Program-made: the position numbers and the translations under genes
Shown here: positions 33,926-47,925 of the stretch, one piece after another
How the letters are laid out: every line of letters begins with the position of its first letter
Position numbering within the stretch: position 1 is the stretch's first letter
From: Glaucostegus cemiculus
Lineage: Eukaryota
DNA: 64,000 nt
Assembly (NCBI GenBank): GCA_976551045.1
Contig: CDPCPM010000044.1
Location: forward strand, 5,270,001-5,334,000
Direction of reading: 5' to 3'
The notes under the pieces: model-generated
Told to the model about the DNA's origin: nothing
The model's database searches: none
The model's input: the letters and a program-made list of their open reading frames with translations, nothing else

Positions 33926-36204
33926 ATATAATATGATTTCAAATTCCACTTTTAAAGGTAATGGAACAGGAAAGGCGCCCACATGTGATGTTATGAAAAA
34001 TGTTATGATTGTTGATAGTTTCATTATTTGAATTCTTTTCCCTATTACAACTCATTCTGAACAAATTGCACTGTGAGAATATGTCTGCATATTGATAATA
34101 TAACGTGTTTCATTGGACAAGGTTAAGTGACACTGGTGTGGCAGCTGCTGGTTTTACTCCCAATCATGCCTCAGCTACAAACGGATGCTAATGGATTGTT
34201 TCTAGCAGTGTCACCACTAAGAGGAGCAAATGAGTGAGTCTCTCAGCAGTTACATGCTTGAAAAACCACTTGCGGTTATTGTAAGTACACTCTGTGAACT
34301 CTGCAAGGTGCTTTTGCTGCTTGCAGTGGTTTCTGAGGCTGCCCAGCCATTTTCCTGATGTCAGCAGTGTGTTCCTGTAAATAGACACAAGTACAACAAA
34401 GTAGTGTGATGTACCCCTGCTTGTACTGTAGGTGTTCAGTGAAGGCCGTAAGTTATATCCAAAGATTCCAGTTTATATTGGTAAGGAAGGAAACATGAGA
34501 TAAGCAAATTGTGATGTCCTGATGTGCATAACTGATGCCAAAGAAATGTCAGACATGCTAAGGAGAATTATGCACAGATGTGCCTCAGTTAATTTCCCTA
34601 TGGGCATGATTCCCACTGGAAATGATTGCAAACATGACCTAACCTGGTTAAATTACTTCTATGTGCAATTTGCACATAATAAACAGGCACTAATGGATCC
34701 AAGATCTGGACTCGGCAGTTTGTGGACAGGTAGCAAATGTAGGTTAACAAACATTCAAAAGGTGGGTGAGCAGAACAATAAGAGTTAGGATATGAAACAC
34801 CAGTCAATGTTTGGGGAGGGTGGATGTTGGGAGGTGGTCAGCAATGCATCAGAACAATCATGATTGGCAGCAATAAAAGTGCAAGTGTAGATTTCAGCAA
34901 CAGACGAGCTGAGGAAATGGTTGATATTGTACAGGCTGAAGTAAATAATCTATGTAATGGTGAGGGCATATAGTCAGAAACTCTGCCTGGGGCCTAACAA
35001 CACATTAAATTTGTAAACTGCCTATTTCAGCCTGACACAGTAACTACAGAGGGAATGGGGCCCAGTAAATCTGTGGCTTACAATATTACTGTGGTTAACC
35101 TTGACGATGTATTCCAGTTACTTTATTTCACGTGTGTCTGTGTCTGAGTGTGTGTCTGCACAAAGTGAAGATGCACATTCTGTACAAACCTATATTTAGT
35201 CAGAGTTCATCACAAAGACTTGGATCTCATTAAATTGAAACAAAATTAGGATCAATGACAACAGACCAAACCAATTAAAATAAGTGTAGAATAGAAGATA
35301 AACAGAAATGCATTTCAATTGAACACTAAGCTATGAGATACCCAGGTTCCACTGTATTAATTTTTTTCATTTTGTTTACCCATAATGATGTCATTGAGGC
35401 GGCAAGCATTGACATCAGTGGAACCAAATTTTAGCAGAGTTTAATGCACGCATGCTACAACATCACTCATTTAGTACATACAAAAAGAGGACACATTTCT
35501 TCCCTAATGTCTTGTAGGCTGTCCCAGCTCCTTCACTTGAACCTACAATTGTGAAAGGTCTGAGTAAACAGTGAGTAGGACACCATTATACAGCAGCTCA
35601 GAACTTTCATTGTATGAAATTGTCAAGAACAGAAAGAAATGTATTGTTTCACAGGTCTGATGTGTGTGTACAATAATAGGAGAATGCCAGATATGGAACT
35701 GAGATGTCTTGGAGAAATCTAATCATGATATGGTAGCAATGAAATACAGCCAGTTGTTTTCCAGAAGTCCCTTAACTCAGGCCAGTATTTTCTAAACACT
35801 CTAAACATTTTCCACTTATTCCAATGAGAAAAAAAAAATCCTCAAGGCAAAATAAAAGATTAAAATATATCTAAAAAAACAGTACCAGGTGCTCGGAGGA
35901 TAGTTGATAAAAATACAGGACAGATTTAAAGAGATTGAAGAGTTCTGGGGAGTGCAGGACCATACAGTAAGCTTGGAAGGACTCAATGAGCCAATGGCCT
36001 CCTTCTGTGTCATAATGATTCCATGACTGTGTGAACCCCCCCTCCCCAATACAACTTAAATAATTAACTGCTTCTCTTTCCAAAGATACAGCCTCAGCTG
36101 CTATGCAATTCCAAAATTTTCACGATCAGCAATATTTTCCTTTGCTTTGTATCACTATTAGCAAGTTTGATTTAAATGCTGGAACCAGTTAAACATAATC
36201 TGAA

Positions 36205-36336
36205 ACTAAAATATAGCAGATGCTGCAAATCTGAAATTTAAAAAGAAAACACAGGAAGTGCTGGAAATACTCAGCAGTCAGCATCGATAGGAGACAGAAG
36301 GAATTAACATTTTAGGTTGCTGACCTTTCATCAGAA
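36205..36336 (-). mobile_element. Penelope-like terminus ending at the hammerhead-like core
   Basis: gcagatgctgcaaatctg..gctggaaatactcagc..; minus strand ttCTGATGAaaggtcagcaacct-aaaa. Confidence 0.7.
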
Positions 36337-37789
36337 TACAGGATCACCAACCGAAATTGATTATTTTTTCACTGGTGGACCCTAAGCAACAAGGATCCAC
36401 AAAATCTCTACAATAAATGTCTTTTAAATGTCTGACAGATTGGTTTGTTCAAGCTATTTTTTACCACCAGTTAGTGGTTTTGGTGATTTTCTACCTGTGC
36501 ATGAGGACGGGGAAGATCCCGTGGTGAGAACTCAGGTGGCTGACCTGGAATAGCACTATTCAGAGAGACTCATGCTTAAATTTCAGCGAGACTTCTAAGA
36601 TGAGTTCTGCTTCGATATTGGATTACATCCTTGTGCCTCCTTTGTATAAGGTGCCTAACTATTGCTATTATCAGAGTAGTGAACATTATGCAAAAGCCAG
36701 ATGTGAGACTTTCTATAAAATGGAGGTATAAATTCCAGGAATAACTGCATTATCTAATATTGTATAACTTATCTACTCCCTATTCTCAAGTACTTCCTTT
36801 TTTTCCTTTAAATTGTAAGATTGGCATTATGTTTCCTTTCACTCTACACATCTTGCCTCCTTGTTGATGTACATATTCAAACTGCAGGAAGCCTTATCTT
36901 TCACCTTGGTTTTATATTCTGTTTACTATTTACTTCTATTTTTCCTGCCACATAACATTTCTACTTTCACCCAAGCACCAAACTCAACTGATTTGTCCAG
37001 ACTCCATGTTAAGAGCACAAGGATGTAGATTTTATACTACAGATTAAGGCACATTTTAGCGACTTGTCTGCCCATTTTGCAACCTTCCTTATGTTTATTG
37101 CTATTGGAGCAGATGAGGTCAATGGAAACAAAAATCTTGAAATGTAAAACAGGCTGCCAACCAGCTAACTCCTTTGACACAAGTGGACAAAGTCAAATTC
37201 TACCCGAGGTGAAAATGATATTCCTTCATCTGTTCTGAGTCTTTTTTTCACTTTCAGACTCAAGGTCATTTCAAGAACCAGCTATGTTGGGTTTTGGTAC
37301 TAAATTGTGGTGGCAGGGATTTTTTTTTATTTCTAACGATTGCTGTCTAAACATGTTTCTGTTTCATAATAAATACATAAAATGAAATGAAAGTTGACAT
37401 GGGCAGAAATTAACACCTAAATTATGCAATCACTGAGAGGATAAGAGACCTTATGGTCTGCAGAAGGCTCAGTACTTTGTCCTACAAAGTGCTGAGGCAA
37501 TGAGAAACAGCACCTTCTGTATTTGAGTGCCATCCTGGGTACCCAATGTACTTTTAGTAAGGTTAAAGCTGAGGAGCAAAAATATCTCAAAGGAAATTCA
37601 CTGGCATAGCTAGCAGTAAAGCTATCCAACAACCAGATAATGCAATAAGGATCACCAATATATTTCTGTGATACCGGCAATTCTCTTTAAATAAAAGGAA
37701 AATCCTTCATTTTCCATTGCAATCTGAACAGTGATGTTGAGGAACATTGCAAGTTATGTCAAAGCCAGGCACTGAGGGCAACCATGTTA

Positions 37790-38450
37790 CTGGTCAATGC
37801 TTGGAAGTAGTAATAGGAGATCATGTGGTCAAGAAACCCCAGGAATAGTGACCACGACATGGTAGAATTTCAGGTACAGTTTGAGGGTGAACACTCCAGG
37901 TCCAAAACCAATGTCCTTAACCTAAATAAGGGCAATTACAAAGATATGAAGATGGAGTTGTCTGGACTGGGTAAATAAGCTAATGGACAGAAGAAAGAGG
38001 AATGATCTATGGTTAACAAAGGAGGTCAAGGATAATATTAAGTTGAGAAGCAGGACACACAAAGCAATATGGGATGCCAGAAGATTGGGAATTTTTCAGG
38101 AACCAACAGCAAAATACTACAAAGCTCATAAGAAAAGAGAAAATTGACTTTAAGAGAAAACTTGCACATAATATCAAAACCAACAGAAAATAATTCTGCA
38201 GATATATATAAAGGAAGAGAATGGCAGGGGTTAAATATATGACCTTGAGAGAATGAGGCTGTGGAATTAATATCAGGAAACAAGGGAATGGCATATATTT
38301 TCAACCAATTTATTACATTGATCTTCACTGTGGAGGTCACTGTAAATATCCCAATGATAACTGATAGGCTGCTTTCAAACAGGATGGAAGAACATGCCAA
38401 AATTCCGATCACAAGGGTCAAAGTATTAGAGGAATAATGGCAGCAAAGGC
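37790..38450 (+). mobile_element. Old CR1 ORF2 fragment (endonuclease/linker)
   Basis: SDHDMVEF..VLNLNKGNYKDMK..KLAHNIKTNRK..YIKRKR. Confidence 0.72.
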
Positions 38451-39929
38451 CTGATTGCCATTCTGCAGACCTGTAGCTAATGCTACTATTTTATGGTCAA
38501 AGTTTTGCTTAGCCTTTTGGTTGTATATAATAAGAAGCACAGTAGGTTTTATAAAGCTTCTTTCACACTATTTATTAAAAACAGATGTAGACAAGTCTAT
38601 TCATTTCTGAGCATTTTCTTTTAATTGAATTAGCTGAATGCAATGATCTCCCACTGCTGATCATATCTTGCAAGATCCGGCCTTCCAGCCCGAACAAGGA
38701 CAGGCATTTTAATGAGTAACATCAGCTGTATGTTCAACTTGGACAACCAGTCAGGTTGCTGGCTTTTCTTTGTATTGTACATTCACAAGTTGGTCAAAGG
38801 ATCGAATAACTTAAGATGATATTGGTTAGAACCTGGATTGCAGACATTTATGATGCACTAAAATTTAGCTGTGTTCAGCACTGACATCTAATCAGGTCCC
38901 CCCACACAAAAAAAAAAGTTTGCCACAATCCCACCTGAAACAGCATTAGTTGATTTACAGCCAGAAACAAGTGCTAAAAGGGGACCTGCAGAATTCCTAA
39001 TGGACCTCCCAGTACCTGCGATGCCACCAGTTCCTCACCGAAATAAAACAGATGAAATAATTTCTTCCTGAGTACACTGCTTGGTTGACTTTTCAGTGAG
39101 CAGCAATGTGTGAGACAAGGCAGAGATCTGTCATGCCTGTTTGGAAGGATCCTGTGGTGAGTAGATTGAGAATCATTGTGACCTTGACCTTCACAGAGAG
39201 TGTGAAGTAAGATCTTCCCACAGCACTCAGTGAGAACAGCAGGCAAATGTACTGACCATTGGCAATGTCCGGAAAGGATGTGGTGTTTCAGTTGACTCTG
39301 TGGAAATAGGCTCTCTGAGGGTGTGTGTGCCCTGACCACCCTGCCAAAAGTCCCTGACTCACTCACAGTGACCAGCCATGACCATAGCAACACTTCAAGC
39401 ACTGGAGTGCCTCCAGTGGCATTAATGCAGAGGCGCCCAAGGAAAGTGCACCTTAGCAGTTAAAAACTGGTAAAAGCACTCTGTACATTTAGCACATTCT
39501 GCAGATTTTGGTAGATGTTTCAGCAGTCACTTCTGGAGTCGCCGAGTCATGTGTTCTAATATCAGCATAGCATCCCTTTAAATAATAAAAAATGCAACAA
39601 ACTCATTGTACTATTCAGAGTGTTTTAGAATGTGGAGCTATTTACTCCAATTTACATCATAACCGGCAGAAATGTGTGTCATACAAATAATGACACCATC
39701 TGGAGTGTGCTCAATATTGAGGAAACATATTAGTGCACTAACACTTCACCTATGATTTCACCAGGTAATGGTGAAAATGGACTGTGTACCATCCAGAGAA
39801 CGGGTGGCTATGAGATCCAATTTTCAGGCCAATCTGCTTGAATGATGTCATTTGAGACATGAATATGGGTCTGCACATCAGGAATAAGGCCATTTGACAT
39901 TTCAGACACAGAACAGAAGGAGGTATGTT

Positions 39930-40050
39930 TTAATATCTCAGTCTCTTGGTACTGCAGTAGTGTCAGCTTAACTTTTGCTGCTCAAGTATCTGGAGTGAGA
40001 TTTAAAACCATCACTTTCTGACTTAGAATCTAGATTACTACCAGTTGTTC
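39930..40050 (-). mobile_element. SacSINE1/DeuSINE-like head relic
   Basis: gtactgcagtagtgtcagc..gctcaagtatctggagtgagatttaaaacca..ttctgact, complementary to the head at about 48780-48980. Confidence 0.5.
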
Positions 40051-42229
40051 AGAGTAAGGCAAAGGCTGGATCCACTTCAAAGAATGACTCAACTTTTGCT
40101 CCTTCTCCAGTAATCATAAGTCACATCCTGAGTGTAATAGAACAATCATCACTTGCCACAATGATGACAGCTATTACAATGCTTAAGAAATTTGGCATTA
40201 CCCTGGGCAAAGCAGTCTACTTGAATGCAATTCCAAACATTGATTCCCACTTCCACCCATTCCACTACTAATGAACAAGAGGGTATGATTCATTTTTACA
40301 TCATGTCCCTTCTCTCGAGTCCTGTTCCAACCATGAAGTGCATAAACAAGACAAGAATAAAATATACTTGGGAATGACTACATGACAACCATATGATTCA
40401 GGCCATACCATTAGCCACAAGAGCTTAGTTTGACCAGTATGTAAATAATCTACATATTAGATTATTGATTTGAATTCTGTTCTGTTTAAGATACACTCTT
40501 TTTTGAGCCTGGAATCTGTTACTGATTGATGACTTGTAATCACTATAGTTTTAAGTAATTACTTGGCATATATTGAGGAATAATTTGTAGCAGATTACTA
40601 AAAAACCGTTTGATTGATACGGTCTATTCGTCTGGCAGTAATAATTTACAAGCAGTAATGATACAGCATGCTGAGTGGTCAAACATTATGCCACCTGCAG
40701 TGCCATTGCTGCAGTCTTAATTGTGGAAAAAAATATCAACAGATAATGAGCAGAAAGGCAAGGCATAATGCCAAAAAGGTTTAAAGAAACATCGCAAAAT
40801 ATGACAACAAATAATAAGAAATGTAAATTATTCTGAACCTTAAATGAAAGCATACATTATTATAAATGTGTTATTATATGCTGAGCAAAAGGAAACAGTA
40901 GAGTTTTTTTGATAAGTGTATAACCTCAATTAAGCACCTTAATGGAGACCAGTCCAATAAAGATAAAGTAACATATTATCAAGAGCTCTTCAGTTTTGTC
41001 TTGCATCTAACAGCAAGAGATTTGGCAATAATGAAGATAAAAATAATGAAGAAATAAACAATGAGTGATAATAGTCATGTTGAAAAGGACATGAAATAGA
41101 AATAAAAGGTAATTAAATATAAATAAAAACCATACAATTCTTCCTGCAGAGATTAGCTCAATGAAAATGTTGCTCAGTTGTCATGATGACTGATAATTTG
41201 AGTGACAATAATAGTGGTGCCACGGTAATTATATTAAGTACCGTGAAATAGGACAGTCATCACTGATGAAACATGTTATTTAAACACGATATAACCCTAT
41301 CTAACTCAAAAATAAAGCAGCATCTCCCATATGATTCAGCAGCTTTCCCTAAGTCAATATGATTTGTTCATTTCTCATCTTTAAAAGTACACAATTAGAT
41401 TAACTTTGGTCAATATCAGCAGCTGTATAAGCTATCAACATTTCCGTTGGATTTCCCAATATCAGATGCTGGAGAATATGAATCTGCTAATACATTTTCA
41501 GGCATTTGATTCACAGACTTTTAGCCTTGTTTTAACAACAATCGCAATGATTTTTGTTCATTAACTAAAATAACAATTTCTGCTACCTTACGTTAATTAA
41601 TCAGAGGTTAAAGCTTGAAAATTTAAAACTTAGAAAAAGAGGTCAATTTTCCAACAATAATACTGCTGCTGTCAGTCAATCAAAACAGACAAGTAGTTGG
41701 TGTAACATGAATTAATTACAATCAGTGTAGAATGTACTCATGTGCATTAAATCAAATTAAGGACAGTAGGGCTGGAGGTAATATAATCCACTGTTGTGGA
41801 GCAACTAAACCGGTCTGTGAACCTTTCTGACAACCAGCAATCCCATTAGAAAGCAGACAGAAGGAAAAACTTATACTTAAGTCTATAAGCAGTGACCTTG
41901 CCTCCTGCAGACTGATTTTCCATTGTTGTTGGGTTCTAATAAAATAATTAGAAAATCTCCAGGGACATGTCCCAGTACACCTCACAGCACAGAGGTCAAT
42001 GAAAGAGTCAGAAAACCGAATGCTTTTATTGAAGTGATGCTCCACTAGAAGTGCATGCTATTCCTTTGGTATTTAAAGGATGGTTATGTCAAGGTGAAGG
42101 AGCTTACAAAGCATATTGAAAAGACAATAGAACATCACTGCATCAATGACTATAACTATTATCAATTTGAAAGCATTCATGAAAATTTACTGAACTATTT
42201 GACAGGAAGAGATTATCAGAAAAACATAG

Positions 42230-42563
42230 GAGAAAATTCAAGGATGAGATCAAAGCTTCCTTGGAAAATTAGAACGGCTCCAGTGACTCTTGGGAATCCT
42301 TGGCCCATGACTCCTCAGGTGGAGGAGGAATATTCAGGATGATATTGGTAACCTTGAGTCCCTGTGTTAGGAGCACAGGGAAGCCTTGCAAAAATGGCAG
42401 AAAGAGCACAGCATCTTACAATCTATCCATCCAGTTGGGAAACTCCTGCCACCTCTGGAAAAAGTCCATGGGTCCCACATTGGCCTCATCCAATACCTCA
42501 GAACCCACAGAACTGGAGTGGAAGGAAGGCATCCTCAACCCTGAGGGACTACCTGACAAGAAG
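42230..42563 (+). mobile_element. RTE-clade LINE 3' end
   Basis: HIGLIQYLRTHRTG-like C-terminus; catcctcaaccctgagggactacct tail. Confidence 0.7.
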
Positions 42564-42639
42564 CTAGAAGGGGAGTACGTCACCTGGTCTCTTCAGCCTG
42601 CTCTGCCTTTAATAAAACCAGAAGTGTTTACTTTCCTGC

Positions 42640-43050
42640 CTGATCCCCATAATCCCTCAATTCTCTCCAGAAATAAAACCTCCATCTCTGAGTCCTGAAG
42701 ATACTCATTCACTGACCTTCCACTGAGGGAGAATATTCCATGGATTTGCTGCCTGTGTAGAAAGTTTTCCTTATCAATCCGAAATAGTTGACACCTTATC
42801 CCAGAGATGAGGAAATAGCCTCTCGGCTTCCAGCCTGTCAACCATTCTCAGAGCCTCAATGTGATCATCTCTTATTCTAAACTTCATCCAGTATCCCTAC
42901 TCAATCTTTCCCTGTTGAAAACCCTGCTCTGCCAAGGAATCAAATGAGTGAATCCGTGCTGCACTAACTCGAGGCAAATAAATCATCCTTGGTGATGAGG
43001 TAGGAAAGTGCCAGGTGTGGTCTCAACAGAGTCGTGCACAATTGCTGTAA
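42640..43050 (-). mobile_element. Old CR1 3' fragment
   Basis: gatccccataatccc..agaatattccatggattt..ccaggtgtggtctcaac. Confidence 0.55.
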
Positions 43051-44024
43051 GACGACTTCTTTTGAAATCACAGCATAAGTACCTATTAATGCAAAGGTGT
43101 GATTTTAAACGGTAGTATTTGTGGATCATATATCTCACCTTTCCAAGCACTCACAGTCAACTAAGTTAATCTTTTTCCTCTATTCAGCCATGTTATTCAC
43201 TTATCATGACTTTCAATATGCAAAATCCCTTTGCTGCATTGTGCAAATAAACTCCTCTATGCCAAGTCTCACTCTTTGGCTACAGCAGATCAGAGTCTGA
43301 CTGCTATAAATGGAACTCTTTCCTGAGGTGTCATTTTCAACAAGAGTGGTGAAGCCTAAAGCTTTTCCCCTTTTCCAAACACCTCATGCAGACTTTAGCA
43401 GCTGCACCAAACAAGTTTACTTTAAACAGTTAATGGCTTTTTTTACTTTTCATTTGAGAAAGCATTTCCATGGAGATGAAGACTATAGTATGCACCAGCT
43501 ATCTGTGCAGATAAATGTGCATCAAGTGTAATCCTAGAAAACACAGCTGTAAATTGGGCAGCACTTCCAACCCGTACTCCATCAGCTAATCTTATTAAAT
43601 CTCATTCTTAATGATGCATCAGTGCATCATAAATTTACCAACCAGGAGCTGTGCACCAAACCAGAGGGTGACAAATGTTATACTCTAATTCTCAAAATGA
43701 AAAGCCAGTCAGCTAATAATCAGTTAAGCTTATGTCAGCGGTAGGAAAATTACTATGAACCATAACAAGAGATAAATAAGTATTTGGAAGAGAATGCACT
43801 GAGCAGAAATAATTGACGTAGACTTGTGAAGAATTTGATTAGTGTGATATGATATACACAATATGGAGTGTATACACAGAGGGCAGCAGTAGATGTCAAT
43901 ATGCATGCATTAAATATTGATAAAGTACTGCATTGAAAATTGCTTCAGAAAATTGGAGGCCATGGTATAAATAGAAATATGACATCTTGGTAAAAAGTTG
44001 TGCAAAACACAGAAAGTAAAAGGT

Positions 44025-44300
44025 TCGTACTTCTGGTGTTGTCTGTGTAGAGTTTGCACATTCTTCCTGTGAATGCATTGGTTTCCCCTGGGTGTTCGAG
44101 TTTCCTCCCAAATAATGCTCTTTGGTAGGTTGATTGGCTACTGTAACTTAGCCCAAGTGTAAATTGGGTGGTAGGAGAATCAGGAAGCAAGAGTTGATGG
44201 GCATGTGAGAGGGAATGGGTTAGAGGGAAATAAATGGGGAATGGCACTAATAGAATTGCTGGTATAGACCCAATGGGCTGAATGGATTTCTATGTCAAAT
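44025..44300 (+). mobile_element. HE1-type V-SINE, 5'-truncated
   Basis: V-domain gagtttgcacattcttcctgtga..tttcctccca; tail atgggctgaatgg. Confidence 0.75.
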
Positions 44301-44906
44301 ATGACAATTTGGACCATGTACAAAACAAAAAGTGTTAGCCATCTTAAAGCACTATGTAAACTTGTGCTTTTGTTGAGATTCAAGACCAGAACACTGCACT
44401 GTCAAATATTCCACATTTTAAATTAGATAGTTGGCTGGATCGTGCTTGATCTGACCTGGTGTCTACTTCAGCCCTTGTTGACCCTACAGCCACATTAACC
44501 CAGTGCAGCCACGTGGTCCCCGTTCTCCAGCTGTCTCATGGGGGAAATTAGGCAGCAAGTGGAGGCCAGGCCTCCAAGTACCACATTCTGAGCCCTCACC
44601 CTCCAGCACCATCCTGAAGCCTTTGACAACTCGGACCAGAAGAAGGCTGTTTCATTGCTTTTAAATGCCACGGATAGCCAGAGACATCGAGGAACAATTG
44701 AAATTGATATAAATAATTAAAAAAACCTTAAAATGTTAGAAAAATTTAAAAGCAAATTTAACCACAATTAATTAATTAAAACATTGCCAGGAAAATAAAA
44801 AAAATGTACATAAACTTACTTTTTTAATGTGCGTCAGATTTCACAAAGCACCAGCTGCCCTGAAGTTGAGGGGACAGATATGAATCGTAGCTAGTCTCTC
44901 AACTTC

Positions 44907-45385
44907 AAAGTCAGTCAGAAGTCAAGTTTATCGTCACATGCACAACAAAAGACTTACTTGCAGCAGCATCACAGGAATCAGATACACAAAATTCACAACA
45001 AATGCATAAATTCTACACTTCTTTTTAACAAGAAAAAAAGACAATTAGGACAAAAAAAAGTCCATTGTTGTGCAAAGTGGTCAAAGTAGTCATGGTGTAG
45101 CTATACTGAGGCGGTGATTAGGGTTGTGCAGGTTGGCTCAAGAAGCAAATGGTTGAAGGGAAGTGGCTATTCTTGAACCTGGTGGTGTGGGACTTCAGGC
45201 TTCTGTACCTCCTGCCCAATGGTAGTTATGAGAAGATGGCATAGCCTGGATAATGGGGATCTTTGATGATCGATGTTGCCTTCTTGAGACAGCGCCTCAT
45301 GTAGATACTACCAACAGTGGAGAGGGATGTGTTTGTGATGTATTGGGCTGAGTTCACTAACCCCTGCAGCTTATTGCATTCCTGC
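44907..45385 (-). mobile_element. Rex1/Babar LINE 3' fragment
   Basis: SIYMRRCLKKATSIIKDPHYPGYAIFS; tail aagtcaagtttatcgtcacatg. Confidence 0.88.
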
Positions 45386-45394
45386 TCACACACA

Positions 45395-46042
45395 GGTAGA
45401 GTGGGTGGTGAAAAAGGCAATTAGCACGCTGGCCTTCAGTTGGGCATTGAGTATAGGAGTTGTGACATTATGCTGAGTTGTACAAGTCATTGGTGAGGCT
45501 GTACTGGAGTACAGTGTTCAGTTTTGGTTACCCTCTTATAGGAAAGACGTGATTAAAATGGAAAGAGTACAGAAAAGATATACAAGGATGTTGCCAGGAC
45601 TAGAGGGATTGAATCATAGGGAGAGCTTGGTGAGGCTAGGTCTTTATTCCTTGGAACTGAGTAGAATGAGGGGCAATTTTATAGAAATGCTTAAAATTAT
45701 GAGAGGTATAGATAAGGTGGATGGTAACAGTCTTTTCCACAGGGTAGGGGAGTCCAAAACTAGGGGACATAGATTTAGGGTGAGAAGGGAAAGATTTAAA
45801 GGGGACCTGAGGGGCAACTTTTTCCACACAGAGGGTGGTGGGTATATGGAATGAGCTGCCAGAGGATGTGGTTAAGACAGGTACAATAGTATCATTCAAG
45901 AAGCACTTGGACAGGTATATGGAAGGGAGGGGCTGAGAGGGATTTGGGCCAAACGCAGGAAATTGGGACTAGCAGGTGGGTACTGTGATCAATTGGGCCA
46001 AAGGGCCTGTATCCATGCTGTATTACTCCATGACCTATGACT
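45395..46042 (+). mobile_element. CR1 LINE 3' fragment
   Basis: MERVQKRYTRMLPGLEG..RGNFF; tail gggccaaagggcctgtatccatgctgt..atgact. Confidence 0.9.
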
Positions 46043-46419
46043 CAATGGCAAAGTATGTTACAAAGACGTCTGGACTAATCATCAAGTAACTGATCAGTTG
46101 CACCAACATCTGACCCCCAATTCATCTCATACTTACACAGACACAGGAACTTGGAATGCACTGATCTGTACACGGCAGACAGCTGCTCTCAAGGAAACCT
46201 TCAGCTAGCTATCAGCCCAATCCAATCCATTAACCTGAGGGTCCATCCACCTATTTTGGTGGACACAAACCCCCCCAGGGAATTATGTTGAGAAGACATA
46301 GCAGCTATCCCTAGCTATCCCAAGATTCTGTACAAGGGAAGGATTTGACAATACTTAACACCACAAAAGGAATAAGAAAGATGACAAATATCTTATTCAA
46401 AGAACTGGATGTTAATTAT

Positions 46420-47110
46420 TACCTCGAGAGACAGGAGGGTTTAGGGAGGGAATTCCAGTGCTTTGGATCTCAGCATCTGAAACTATGCCTAGCACTGCTT
46501 GCCTGATTACAAATGAAGATGCACAAGAGGCAAGAGTTTGTGAAGTATGTTTCTCCTGGAGAGTTACAGGGCAGGGAACATTTCATAGGTCATAACCGTG
46601 AGCAATCTGAAATCAAGGATGAGAAGTGATTGTAGGTTTTCTATGTTTCCATAGCCTAGTAATTTCTAAGATAGGGACATGTTCGGCACAGCTTTGTGGG
46701 CCGAAGGGCCTGAATTGTGCTGTAGGTTTTCTATGCTTATGTGTCTCTAAATTTAAAATTTGGATCTTGTTTAAGTGAGAGCCATTGTAGTCAATAATAC
46801 ATGGGTGAAGACAGAATGGGATCTGATGCAAGTTAGGACACAGGCAAAAAGAGGGGTTTTGGAATTACCTCAAATAGCTATGAAATAAAAACCAGATAAT
46901 CTACTGGGCAGGGAAAGGCAGGAGGGATTGGGATTGGTCAAGTCCAGATAAAATAAATGCATGGATGAGGGGTTCAGCCTCAGATGAGCAAGGTAAAATT
47001 AAGGAGGTGAAGTACATGTCCTTAATGTGAGCACAGATATGTGGCCATAACTGTATCTCAGCCTTAATGTGACACCAAATTCAGTCTATCAGTCTGTCTA
47101 GTTTCAGACA
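46420..47110 (-). mobile_element. Old L2-type fragment, interrupted by a CR1 tail at 46631-46745
   Basis: gggtttagggagggaattccag..; ggtcaagtccagataaaataaatgcatggatgagggg. Confidence 0.55.
46631..46745 (+). mobile_element. Very short CR1 3' tail insertion
   Basis: Near-identical to the reverse complement of 5665-5755; tgtaggttttctatg at both 46631 and 46721. Confidence 0.85.
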
Positions 47111-47714
47111 GTGTGAAGGTAACTTTATATAAATATCTTTGTGGTTGGGAGTGTTTGTTTTGTAGACATTTCATTTTGTGCTGACCCTTTTTGTATTACA
47201 ACTGCTGTTTTTGTGTTCGTATTCTTGTGGATCTCTGCCTTTGTTTTGGTCTTGTGGTTCTGAAAGAAATGTTTTGTTTGCTGTTTTTCTGCTGATGTGC
47301 TTTTGTTCTTGACCTCTCTATTGGCTTCCCTTGCTGCAGTCTTTAGGGTATTGTGGTAATGCATCATCAAAGGATACTTCTCCGTGGAGATCAAAGATGT
47401 GGAAGTGGGACTGTAGCATGAAACCAGTAGAGGAATCATTCAGTAAGGCTTAAAAACAAGGTGGGAGGCTATAGGTCAATCATTCACACTTGTTATGCCA
47501 TGTAAGGTACCATTGGGAACTTCTAGGGCAGTGGTCTGAATAGTGTGTGGCTTAATGGTATCACCCTTAGTATACTGTGGGTTCAAGTCCAAGTTCCAGA
47601 CAGCAGTCCAGGGCAGTACTGAGTGTGGCACCATCTGGCATTCTGGTGTTTGTATGAAACCAAACAAGACCCCATCTTGTCATCTCAGGGTCCATGGTTC
47701 TGCTTTGAAGAAAA

Positions 47715-47925
47715 ATGGGTGTTTACCCAAATGTCCTGCCTAATAATTATTCTTCAATCAACATGCAAATAGATTATCTGGTGACCATCTCATAGCTATT
47801 TATGGCAGTTTGATGGGCTGAAATTGGCTGCTGTGCTTCCTGTGTTGCAACAGTGGCTTCATATGGAAAGTGCATCATTAGCCTTAAAGCCCTTTGTGGC
47901 TTCCTGAAGTTATAAACAAGAGAAC
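47715..47925 (+). mobile_element. Deu-domain SINE relic
   Basis: tgtcctgcctaataattattcttcaatcaaca..agattatctggt..aaattggctgctgtgcttcct. Confidence 0.65.

Noticed and set aside
43872-43900. CTCF-like motif cacagagggcagca
   Set aside because: Partial match only; cannot be distinguished from chance without a PWM scan or ChIP data.
47125-47442. Lys/Thr-rich minus-strand ORF and a possible plus-strand 96-nt exon (47347-47442)
   Set aside because: Low-complexity T-rich DNA; no recognisable peptide and no partner exons.
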